From positions 32,001-96,000 of the forward strand of contig JBBILD010000003.1 in NCBI GenBank assembly GCA_037445065.1: 64,000 bases of DNA. Reading direction: 5' to 3'. This DNA is from Myxococcales bacterium (GTDB taxonomy: Bacteria > Desulfobacterota > Binatia > HRBIN30). The translations under genes were made by a program, and so were the position numbers. The notes beneath the pieces were generated by a model. It saw only the letters and a list, made by a program, of their open reading frames with translations, was not told where the DNA came from and did not search any database. Of the stretch, positions 49,861 through 59,185 are shown in pieces. Numbering within the stretch: position 1 is the stretch's first letter; the number at the start of each line of letters is the position of its first letter.

Positions 49861-50433
49861 GCTGCGCCGGCGGGAGCAGTTGGTTGCGCCTTTTGGGGCT
49901 TCGGACCTTTCTTGTCCTGCGCGCCGACGGGCCGGCGCTGGCCCAGGAACCGGTTACGGTTCTTGCCGATTCCGTTTTCCTGCTGAGGACCACTCTCACG
50001 GGAGCCCACGCCGATTCGGAAGGGATCTCGACGTTGCGTAGCAGCCAGGTGCCGTGCACCGCACACCCCCCCTCACGGTGGAGCAGTCCGTGGTGCTCGC
50101 GCTCGAACCGTAGGCTCCCTGCGCCCCTGCCATTACGCAGTACCGAATCGATGAGGCTCTCATTGTCCCGATGCCTTCCTAGAGCACGAGACGGTTTCGG
50201 GGCTCGGTGATTGGATACCCGGTTTCAATCGGCTAGCTGGCAGCAGAACCGGAGACAGTGAGTGGCGCGGCAAGCACTGGCGGAGCCGCCTACCTCATTC
50301 GGCCGCACGAAGGATCGATGGGACCGGGCGGCCACGTCATCGATAGCGCGCCGCTGCCGGCAGAGAACACGGGTCCGCCCCTGTCGCTGCCGGAGAATGC
50401 GTTCAATGCGCCACCAATCTTCCCGCCTGCGGT

Positions 50434-52025
50434 GTGAGTGCAATCGGTAACTGCCCGAGCGGCACGGCACGCCTGGGCAGGCTCCGGGCGGAACTCGCCC
50501 TCGCTGTCACTGGTGGCTTCACGGCGCAGTTTCCGCCCTCGACAGACCGCCGCGAAGTGATTGAGGTCGTCTGCTGTGCTGTTGACGCTGTTTCGGAAAT
50601 CTCTACGCGCGAGGTTGATGCGGAGTTCCTGGTCAAGTCCGTTCAGATCTGGACGATGAACGCCACCGTGCTGCCACCCAGCGGCCGGCAATACACGGCG
50701 CAGGACTTTCAGGACCACTGGCGGCCGAGTGTGGGAAAAGCCAGCGCGATGCCGTCTTCGGCTTTTGGCCCGGTGGGTCGAGCGGGGCGCACGTGAACGT
50801 TACGGGTCTGGGGGTTCCCGGTGCCTTGCCGGGAGACGCGGACACGGCGGTGGAGTTGGCGGGAGCAGATGACTTCGTGGCTATCCGCAGGACGTTCGCT
50901 TTGTTGCAATTGTCGGGTTCGTTCTCGATCGAGCTGTGGGTGAAGCTGACCGCCACCTCCCAGTCCGACAAGTACCTGCTCAACAAGGGCAACCACTACG
51001 CCGTGCTGTACGGGTAGGTGCTGAATGCTGGAGTTGTCTGCCGGCGAGGGCACGTTCACCGGTAGCGACCCGCGCCCGTACCGCGCCATTCCGGCGGAGG
51101 ACACATCTCGGCATCACATCGTCTACGCGTACGATTAATGAGAACAGGGACTGTTTTAGCGGTACAAGGATTGCCCGCCGGTCGAGCCCACTCCTGCTGC
51201 GCTGCGCTTTTCCCTGGGAAGCACGAGCGAGGATTTGATCCTGGGTGGGGCTGGTCCGGGCTAGCTCAACAACGTCCATGCAGTACTGGATGAGGTGGCC
51301 GTGTGTCAGCGCTGAGTGCGAGCGAGGTGCGGGTGCGCTACCGGGCCAAGCGTTGCGGCGGCTGTGGCGAGTCGCAGCCTTGCTCGAGGGTCGGTCGGTT
51401 GCCGGTGGGTGATGCGTAAGTGGAGTCCATCCGCAACAAAGCGAACTTCGGTACCGACACCGACCTGCACGTTGGCACTTCGGCGACCGCGAAGGGACAG
51501 CCTGAGCCGAACAAGCACCGCGCACTGCCTGCTTTTGGCCTTGCCCAGACCTTGCCGAGTGGGGCCTCCGTCGTGGAGGCGTGGCTGCACCTTTCTCTCT
51601 CCGCGCTGTTTGTCGGCTCGGACTTGCCGGGATTCGCGGTGTATCGGAACGAGCAGGACTTTGCGGAGGCGCTAGTCACGTGGAGCAACCAGCCTCCCGC
51701 CAGCTCGGTGCCGGCACCGGTGGCGCGGCTAATCCAGCCCGCCGCGGCAGGATGAACGGCGCTGGAAGTCACCAGCCTCGTTGCCGACTGCTGGCAGCTC
51801 CGCTCTGGCCAGTGCTCCTGGCAGGTGCGCTGGCTGAACGAGGTGGACGACGTCAGCGCGGGGATGTGGCTGGCGAGCCGCGAAGCCCCAGGCGCGGGCC
51901 AGCGCCCGTACCTGGAAGTCTTCTATCGGCTGCCGAGCGCATTGGTCTGGCAAGTCACGGGGGTGCCTCGGAGGCTCGGCGAAGTCGGTGCGAGGCCTGG
52001 AATGCGCCAGGAGGTGAAGCCGTGA
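50434..52025 (+). pseudogene. Eroded modular secreted protein: M12-peptidase-like fragment, LamG domain, DNRLRE(CBM96)-like domain
   Basis: AVSEISTREVDAEFLVKSVQIWT; FSIELWVK, HHIVYAYD*, LDEVAV; DA*VES..NFG, VTWSNQP, SREA...RPYLEVFY; internal stops and frameshifts. Confidence 0.7.
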
Positions 52026-52690
52026 AGGGGCGAGAGGGTCTTCCTGATGCGGGCTGTTACATTGCTGCGCTGTGCACGGGTGGGGCTGGTTCCCGCATCG
52101 CGCATGCTGGGAGTGGCGACCGATGGGGCGTGCGGGAGGTGATCGCCGGAGACGAAGCCGAGCTGGTCCCCTTGATGCGCGCGTGTGTGGAAGGCGAGCA
52201 GGCGTTCCACGGGCGCTGCAATGGCGCTGTGTGGGACCTGGCTTGGGCTGAGTCGGTGGTCACCGCACGCAAGCGCTAGCTCGTGCTGAGCCTCGATGGC
52301 CACATCGTGGGCTTTTTCGATTTGCCGGGGCGGGTACCTGAACCGTTCGGAGAGCCGATTGTGGATCGTTACGCCTGCTCGTTCTGGTGCGCGGCGGTCG
52401 GCGTGCGTCTGGACCAACTGGGAAAAGAGTTGGCCGTTCGCGCGTTTTGGTACCGCGCGTATCACGCCTTCCTGGCCGCGCCTGCGCGCGGGTACGAGTA
52501 TCTGGGGGCGAGCGTGCCGTGGGACCAGCACCCGTATCTGCCCAAGCCGTTTGCCGAGTACGCGAGCGTCGTTGCGTGCAAACCGATGGTAGACGGCGAG
52601 GGCAACGGGCGGTTTTTGCTCAAATGCAAGCTTACCCAGGCTCTCGAAACTCTCGTGAGCGAGGGAGCCAGTTCGCCCCTGCCTTCTTGA
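52022..52690 (+). pseudogene. Possible GNAT-like gene interrupted by one in-frame TAG (52277-52279)
   Basis: AGGAGGT RBS then GTG 52022; VREVIAGDEAELVPLM...ARKR*LVLSLDGHIVGF continues in the same frame. Confidence 0.45.
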
Positions 52691-53200
52691 GTCCGGCCAG
52701 GCGGCCGGGCCGGCTGCGGCGGGGCCAAGCACCGCGGGCGGTGCGGCTGCGCGATGGAGGCGTGAGGCGCAGCCCATTCGTTGCTGGTGTTGCGCACCCG
52801 GGCGCCCGGCAGAACTTGCTGCGTACTGCCGCCCGAAATGGGCCTGTTCTGCAGCGCACGACTTGGGGGTTGGCTCTCGGCGCGCGCCCTACAGATCATG
52901 GAAGCGCGCGGTCACATCCAGGATTGCCGAGAAGAAGTTTCGGTCCTTGCGGCAGGCTTCGCTGCGGAGCCTCGGCGACGAGCGGCCTCAGTGACAAGAG
53001 CCTTAGGCCGAGCGCAAGCCCGGCTGAGGACGGTCGCTCTGCCTCGCGTTTCGGTCGCGGGCGAGAAAACGGTCTTTCGAGAAGGGCGGGACGGGTCTCA
53101 CCAAGGGTAAGGCCTCGCCGGTCTCCGCTCACAGCCGGGCGGTGGGGGTGCGATCCGGCAACTTGCGCGGTGGGGAGGCCAGCAGTAGGGAAGGTAGTTC

Positions 53201-53608
53201 ATGAACCAACGGCGGCTGCGGATTTTGGTGGCCAAACCGGGGCTCGACGGCCATGATCGGGGCGCAAAAATCATCGCGCGGGCACTGCGCGATGCAGGCT
53301 TCGAGGTCATTTACACCGGCTTGCACCAGACTCCGGAAATGATCGTCGAGACGGCGATCCAGGAAGACGTGGATGCGATTGGGCTGAGCATTTTGTCCGG
53401 CGCGCATATGACGTTGTTCCCGGACGTACTGCGCTTGCTGGCGGAAAAGGGCGTCGAGGACATCCCAGTGTTCGGCGGCGGGATCATCCCTCCAGAAGAT
53501 GCACGCGAACTCAAGGCCTTGGGAGTGCGCGAGATCTTCACACCCGGTGCCTCGATTCAAGAAATCGTGGACTGGGTGAGAACGCATCTACGGCCGCGCA
53601 GCGAGTGA
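53201..53608 (+). CDS. Acyl-CoA mutase small (cobalamin-binding) subunit
   Basis: [12 protein letters not shown] (DxHxxG), [15 protein letters not shown]. Confidence 0.95.
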   Translation: MNQRRLRILVAKPGLDGHDRGAKIIARALRDAGFEVIYTGLHQTPEMIVETAIQEDVDAIGLSILSGAHMTLFPDVLRLLAEKGVEDIPVFGGGIIPPEDARELKALGVREIFTPGASIQEIVDWVRTHLRPRSE

Positions 53609-53620
53609 CAAGAGCAGGCG

Positions 53621-54829
53621 ATGCCAGTCAGGGAGGGCGAGCAGTGGGCGGTGATCATCGTTGGTGCTGGTCCGGCTGGCAGTGCGACCGCCCTCCACCT
53701 CGTGCGCCGCGCTCCGGGGCTAGCTGGCCGCGTGCTGCTGCTCGACAAAGCCGTTCATCCTCGCCCGAAAGTCTGTGCTGGCGGGCTCATTCCGGCGACC
53801 ATGGAGAACCTCGCCGAGTTGGGGCTCGACTGCGCGGTGCCGCACACGGTGGTTGCAGAGGCCCGCGTGTACATGCCGCACGGAGTGGTCGAGTATCGGC
53901 GGCCTTCGCTTTGTACGATTGTGCGGCGCGCGGAATTCGATGCCCTGTTGGTGGAATCCTGTGTGCGTCAGGGCATCCGTTACCAGGGTGGCGAGAAAGT
54001 CGAGGCGCTTTCGCGCGCTCCTGGAGCGGTCGTGGTGGAAACGAGCCGTGCCCGTTATCGCGCCCAAGTGTTGGTCGGGGCGGACGGCTCAGGGAGCCTC
54101 GTGCGCCGCTCGCTGTTGCCCGCTGCCAAGGACCACATCGGCCGCGCCGTGATGGTGGACGTACCCCTCGACCGGGTTCGCTGGGACGGGTGGCCGAGTC
54201 GCTTCGACTTCGATTTCCGCGACGTTCCGCGCGGGCTTCCGGGGTATGGCTGGATCTTCCCTTGTTGGATCGGGGGTAGGCCGCACGTGAACGTCGGTGT
54301 GTACTCGCTGCGCAGCGCGCACTCTGGCGCGCTCATGCGCGCCTGCCTCGACCGCGTGTTGCAGTCGCTTGCGGCACCCACAGAAGTACGCAGACAAGCG
54401 GCTCCGATCCGCTGGTACGCAGGGCGCCCGCAGGTGGCCGGGGAGCGGGTCTTGCTGGTCGGCGACGCTGCGGGAGTGGATGCGCTGCTCGGCGAGGGGA
54501 TTTCGTATGCTTTGGAGTCGGGACGCTGGGCGGCGGCTGCCATCGAGCGAGCGCTTGCGGAACATTCGTACGAATTTTCTTGGGCCGCACGCGAACTGCA
54601 CGAGAGTTGGATGGGCCGCAAGCTGCGCCGCTTGGCGTGGCTGGCGCGTTTGCTGTACGGACCTTCGCATCGCGCGTGGTTTGCTCTCGCTGCACGGAGC
54701 GCGCTGGCGCGAGAATTGGGGGTGCGCTGGTACAACGGGATCGGAGGCTGGGACCGGCGACGCGGGCGCGAGGCTCTGCGGTTGTGGTTGCGCGGCGCTT
54801 TGCCCTCGATGCTCGAGCTGGGAAGCTAA
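53621..54829 (+). CDS. Geranylgeranyl reductase-family FAD oxidoreductase
   Basis: GAGPAG, PRPKVCAGG, GADG, YGWIFP, VGDAAG, GEGISYA. Confidence 0.88.
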   Translation: MPVREGEQWAVIIVGAGPAGSATALHLVRRAPGLAGRVLLLDKAVHPRPKVCAGGLIPATMENLAELGLDCAVPHTVVAEARVYMPHGVVEYRRPSLCTIVRRAEFDALLVESCVRQGIRYQGGEKVEALSRAPGAVVVETSRARYRAQVLVGADGSGSLVRRSLLPAAKDHIGRAVMVDVPLDRVRWDGWPSRFDFDFRDVPRGLPGYGWIFPCWIGGRPHVNVGVYSLRSAHSGALMRACLDRVLQSLAAPTEVRRQAAPIRWYAGRPQVAGERVLLVGDAAGVDALLGEGISYALESGRWAAAAIERALAEHSYEFSWAARELHESWMGRKLRRLAWLARLLYGPSHRAWFALAARSALARELGVRWYNGIGGWDRRRGREALRLWLRGALPSMLELGS

Positions 54830-54860
54830 GCGGACAACCGAACGGGAAGGAGGATTCTGC

Positions 54861-55844
54861 ATGCATGGGATCAAATTCGCGGCAGTGCTGCCGCTCGAAG
54901 ATTTCCGGGCCGCGCGGCGGGTCGCGGAAACGGCAGAAGACAGTGGTTTTTACGCAGTTGCCGGCGAGGACCACTTTTTTGTCACCGGCCTCATGGGCCA
55001 GGACCGCTTCCAGCCGCGGCTCGAGTGCTTTACCTTGCTGAGCGCGTTGGCACCGCTCACCGAGCGGCTCAAACTCACGCAAATCGTGGCCGCGAATCCG
55101 TTTCGCCACCCAGCGCTCACGGCCAAGATCGCGAGTTCGCTGCATCACATTACCGGTGGGCGCGTAGAGTTGGGTCTCGGGGCAGGTTGGTTTCGCGAAG
55201 AGTACGATGCCTTTGGATTGCCATACCCGCCACCGCAGGAAAGAGTCGCCCAACTCGGTGAAGCCGTTGCGATCATCCGGAAGTTATGGACGGAGAAGGA
55301 AACGAGCTTTGCCGGGCAGTACTACCGTCTCGAACGGGCGCCGCACGAGCCGAAGCCGGCGCCGCAGCCGCGCCTGATGCTGGGTGGTGGCGGCCGTCCG
55401 ATCGTTCGCCTCGCGGCGCGCGAGGCCGATATCCTCAATCTCATTCCGCCGGTTGGCGGCGCGCGCGGCAAGATCGTGATGGAGGAGACGGTGAAGTTCG
55501 ACCTGGCGGCGTTTGCGCGCCGAGTCGCCTGGCTCGAAGAAGAATGCCGCATCATCGGGCGCGATCCCGCCGAAATCGAACTGTCCGCCATGGTCTACGT
55601 GGCCTTGGGTGAAAGCCGCAGCGAAGCGGACATGTTCGTTCAGGCCATGGCGCAAACCCTGGGAGTGAGCGACCTCGCCGCCGTGTACCGCTCGCCGAAC
55701 ACGCTGGTGGGGACAGCGGAACAGATCGTCGAGGAGATCCAGCGCCGGCACGCGGAACACCGGATCAGTTACTACTTTTGCAACTTCCTCGCTCCCGCCA
55801 TGTTCGAGCGATTCTGCCGCGAGGTGGTGGCGAAGTTGGTGTGA
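54861..55844 (+). CDS. LLM-class flavin/F420-dependent oxidoreductase
   Basis: EDHF, FRHPALTAK, GGRVELGLGAGW, LMLGGGG; GGAGG RBS. Confidence 0.9.
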   Translation: MHGIKFAAVLPLEDFRAARRVAETAEDSGFYAVAGEDHFFVTGLMGQDRFQPRLECFTLLSALAPLTERLKLTQIVAANPFRHPALTAKIASSLHHITGGRVELGLGAGWFREEYDAFGLPYPPPQERVAQLGEAVAIIRKLWTEKETSFAGQYYRLERAPHEPKPAPQPRLMLGGGGRPIVRLAAREADILNLIPPVGGARGKIVMEETVKFDLAAFARRVAWLEEECRIIGRDPAEIELSAMVYVALGESRSEADMFVQAMAQTLGVSDLAAVYRSPNTLVGTAEQIVEEIQRRHAEHRISYYFCNFLAPAMFERFCREVVAKLV

Positions 55845-56656
55845 AGTCGGGGAGGGACGGGGGTTTGTTCGACGATCTCGGCGTGCCGGTTGCACTCGAA
55901 CCACCTGCGACGCGGATCGTGAGTTTAGTTCCGAGTCTAACCGAGCTTTTGTTTTCGCTCGGCGTGGGTAAAAACGTCGTCGGCATCACCCGTTACTGTA
56001 CCGAGCCGGCCGCAGTGGTGGACCGCCTACCCAGGGTGGGCGGGACCAAAAACCCGAATCTTGCTGCCATCCGCGCCCTGGCGCCGGACTTGGTGGTGGC
56101 GAACGCGGAGGAGAATCGCGCGGCGGACGTGGAAAAGCTCCGCCATGCCGGCCTGCGCGTGTTCGTGTCTTACCCGCGCCGGGTGCGGGAGCTGCCCGGG
56201 CTCATGCGCCGCCTGGGGCAGCTTACCGCCGCGCACGCGGCGGCGGAGCAGCTCGCCGCGGAACTCGAGGAACGGATGGCGAGAATTCACCTCGGGGGCC
56301 ACTGCCGGGTCTTTGTCCCGATCTGGCGGAACCCGTGGATGAGTGTCGGCGCGGACACCTTCGCCGCGGACCTGCTTGCGCTGTGCGGCGGGCAGAACGT
56401 TTGCGCCAGTGCTCCCGGACGCTACCCAGAAGTGGCACTCGAGCAAGTGCGAGACGCCGACCCGGAAGTCATTCTGCTTCCCGACGAGCCGTACCGGTTC
56501 GAGCGTAAGCACCTGCCGAGCTTGCAGCCCTTGGCTGCGACGCGCGCCTGGCGGCGAGGCGCGGTGTACTTCATTGATGGCAAGGCGCTCACTTGGTTCG
56601 GTCCACGCACAGCCGGCGCGATTCGTTACTTGCAGGGGCTGCTGCAAGCTTGCTGA
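55841..56656 (+). CDS. BtuF-like helical-backbone metal/cobalamin-binding protein lacking a signal peptide
   Basis: RIVSLVPSLTE, VGITRYC, VGGTKNP, EEN, LPDEPY, WFGPR. Confidence 0.85.
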   Translation: MKSGRDGGLFDDLGVPVALEPPATRIVSLVPSLTELLFSLGVGKNVVGITRYCTEPAAVVDRLPRVGGTKNPNLAAIRALAPDLVVANAEENRAADVEKLRHAGLRVFVSYPRRVRELPGLMRRLGQLTAAHAAAEQLAAELEERMARIHLGGHCRVFVPIWRNPWMSVGADTFAADLLALCGGQNVCASAPGRYPEVALEQVRDADPEVILLPDEPYRFERKHLPSLQPLAATRAWRRGAVYFIDGKALTWFGPRTAGAIRYLQGLLQAC

Positions 56657-56894
56657 TCTGCGAGGTCTCCGTGCTCGGCATCCCGGGGACGTGGCTCGTG
56701 AACGGAAAGCCGCGCCCTGGCTTGGATCGGAACCTGGTTCTGGGAACTTGCGGGCGCGGCGATGGTTCCGGCGCGCGCTCGCATGTGCGGCCGTCGGGGC
56801 AAGCGCCAGCGGGCATGGGTTCCGGAGCGTAGTTTGCACGTTGACTTGCCCCGCGCACTGGAGCATGCGGTGAGGTGCCCGGAGAGGGGGAACG

Positions 56895-58592
56895 ATGGTG
56901 GACAGGTGGGCTGACTGGCGGCTCGGTGCAGCCTGCCTCATCGTGTTTGCTCCCCGTCTCGCGCTCGCTTTTTCCAGTGGGATTACCGGTCTCACGACGA
57001 GTCCCGCAGGGTGTAACCAATGCCACTCGGGTGGGCAGGTGCCGGCCGTCACGTTGAGCGGGCCGACCACGGTGACACCCGGGTCCACGAACGAGTACGT
57101 GCTCGAGATCGCCCCAGTCGGTTCGCAGATTTGGGGTGGTCTCAACGCCGGTGCGAGCGCCGGCACCCTCTCGGTGGGTGGCGCCCATTCTTCCGGCACC
57201 AAGCTTTTGAATGGCGAGATCACGCACACGCAGCGCAAGGGCGGCGACGGGAATCCGATCCGCTTTTCGTTTTTGTGGACAGCGCCGACCACGGGCGGGG
57301 CGTTCGCTCTGCGGGCCTGGGGGAATGCAGTCAATGGCAATGGAGCAAATTCCGGCGACCGCGCCGCGTTCGCAAGCCTGAACGTGAATACAGGACCGAC
57401 TGCCCCGCCGACCGCAACCGTGACCCTCACGCCGACACCAAGCCCCACGAGTACCCGGACGCCGACCGCAACCCAGACCCTCCGCCCAACCTCCACCCCA
57501 ACGCCAACCGGAACCCTCACCGCAACGCCTTCTGCCAGTCCCACCCCGAGTGCAAGCCGGACGCCGAGCGCAACGCCGTCGCCGAGCGATACGCCGTCTC
57601 CGCTTCCGACAGTCACTGCTAGCCCAACGCCTTCGTCAACCAGCACCGGGACGGCAACGCCGAGCGTGTCGTTGACTCCGACGCGGACTGGGACGGCAAC
57701 GGCCAGTGCGTCTGTGACCTTTTCGCCGACCCGGTCTCCCTCGCCGAGTTCGACCGCGACGTTGTTGGCGAGCGCGACACCGACGCCGCGGGCTTCGGCC
57801 ACCGCGACGGACTCGGCGACCCCCAGCCGCTCTCCCACCCCGACCCCGAGCGTGTCGCCGAGTGCGAGTCCTTCGGCGACTCGCACGGCGACGGCCACGT
57901 TGCTCCCTACCGCAACCGCGTCGGCAAGCCGCACTGCCACGGCGCCAGCAAGCGCAACGCCTTCTGCCAGTCCCACCCCGAGTGCAAGCCGGACGCCGAG
58001 CGCAACGCCGTCGCCGAGCGATACGCCGTCTCCGCTTCCTACACTCATTGCTAGCCCAACGCCTTCGTTCACCAGCACCGGGACGGCAACGCCGAGCGTG
58101 TCGTTGACTCCGACGCGGACTGGGACGGCAACGGCCAGTGCGTCTGTGACCTTTTCACCGACCCGGTCTCCCTCGCCGACCTCGACCTTGTCGGCGAGCG
58201 CGACACCCACGCCGTCGGCGTCGGCCACCGCGACGGACTCGGCGACCCCGAGCCGCTCTCCCACCCCGACCCCGAGCGTGTCGCCGAGTGCGAGTCCTTC
58301 GGCGACTCGCACGGCGACGGCCACGTTGCTCCCTACCGCAACCCCTTCGCCAAGCCGCACTGCTACGGCCACCGCCACCGCCACCCGGAGTCCGCGGAGT
58401 TCGGCTTGTCCCGGCGATTGTGGCGGCGACGGAGAAGTTACCGTGGACGAGTTAGTGGTGCTGGTCAACATTGCGCTCGGAAGCATGCCGGTGGAAGCGT
58501 GTTTGGCCGGCGACACGAATGAAGACGGTGACATCACGATCGAGGAAATTCTGCGTGGGGTGAACGCTTCTCTGTTCGGATGCGGCACCTGA
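56895..58592 (+). CDS. Secreted protein: CxxCH Reeler/choice-of-anchor-V-like domain, very long T/S/P stalk, dockerin-like tail
   Basis: Signal peptide [56 protein letters not shown]...GDTNEDGDITIEE. Confidence 0.88.
   Translation: MVDRWADWRLGAACLIVFAPRLALAFSSGITGLTTSPAGCNQCHSGGQVPAVTLSGPTTVTPGSTNEYVLEIAPVGSQIWGGLNAGASAGTLSVGGAHSSGTKLLNGEITHTQRKGGDGNPIRFSFLWTAPTTGGAFALRAWGNAVNGNGANSGDRAAFASLNVNTGPTAPPTATVTLTPTPSPTSTRTPTATQTLRPTSTPTPTGTLTATPSASPTPSASRTPSATPSPSDTPSPLPTVTASPTPSSTSTGTATPSVSLTPTRTGTATASASVTFSPTRSPSPSSTATLLASATPTPRASATATDSATPSRSPTPTPSVSPSASPSATRTATATLLPTATASASRTATAPASATPSASPTPSASRTPSATPSPSDTPSPLPTLIASPTPSFTSTGTATPSVSLTPTRTGTATASASVTFSPTRSPSPTSTLSASATPTPSASATATDSATPSRSPTPTPSVSPSASPSATRTATATLLPTATPSPSRTATATATATRSPRSSACPGDCGGDGEVTVDELVVLVNIALGSMPVEACLAGDTNEDGDITIEEILRGVNASLFGCGT
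57521..58370 (+). repeat. Near-identical tandem duplication (432-bp period) within the T/S/P stalk
   Basis: CGCAACGCCTTCTGCCAGTCCCACCCCGAG begins at both 57521 and 57953; the second copy has a 6-bp in-frame deletion. Confidence 0.92.
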
Positions 58593-59185
58593 GGTGAATG
58601 GTGAGGACGTCCCCGGGGGCATGTGAGCCACTCTGGGATGAAGCGGAAGCGGCAGCCGTGGCCAAGCCCCAGCGCACTGGGCAAGCCGGCGGTTCATCGG
58701 TGGAGTTAGAGTCGCGCAGCGACTTTCGTGACTTGAGGTAGTGCAGGACGTGCAGCGAGTGGTGGTACACCGCCGTGCAAGGTGGAGACCTCGAAGCGCT
58801 TCAGGGCAGCGTTGGCGCCGGTACGGGTTGCGGTTTGCGGGCAGGAAAAACGGCTGTCGCTCTCGCGTGTTGCTTCGTTGGGCGCCCGATGGAGGGCCGT
58901 ACCGTCCGTGCACGCAGTCGTTAACTGACTTGCGAAGATCCGCGTGGTGAGCCCGTATTCTCGCGCGTCATGCGCAGCGGCGCACGAGCTACGAGCCGGC
59001 TACGCAGTCTATTTGCGTTTTACTCTGCCTACCTTGGGCTGGCAGCCGCTCCGACGACCCAGCGCTCGCGTTCAGACAGGGCATACCCACGTCGTTGCGT
59101 GCCAGCGCAAGCTCGCAGATGCGGACAGGTTTGTTGACTCATCCAGTCCACGAGTGCAGACTCGGTCCGCGGGAGGGTTCTGGCC

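Noticed and set aside
47600..52300. Amber recoding or pyrrolysine explaining the broken island ORFs
   Set aside because: TAA and TGA stops and frameshifts also interrupt the domains, and intact genes in the window use TAG as a stop
57400..58400. CRISPR-like or noncoding repeat array
   Set aside because: Repeats are codon-phased Pro/Thr/Ser linker sequence with no spacers or cas genes
56027..58684. Long antisense ORFs (also 18552-20663, 44693-46165, 17731-19167)
   Set aside because: Shadow ORFs of high-GC coding genes on the opposite strand, with no recognisable motifs
58593..59185. ~590-bp gap between the paralogous CxxCH genes
   Set aside because: No convincing ORF, repeat or RNA motif found by eye
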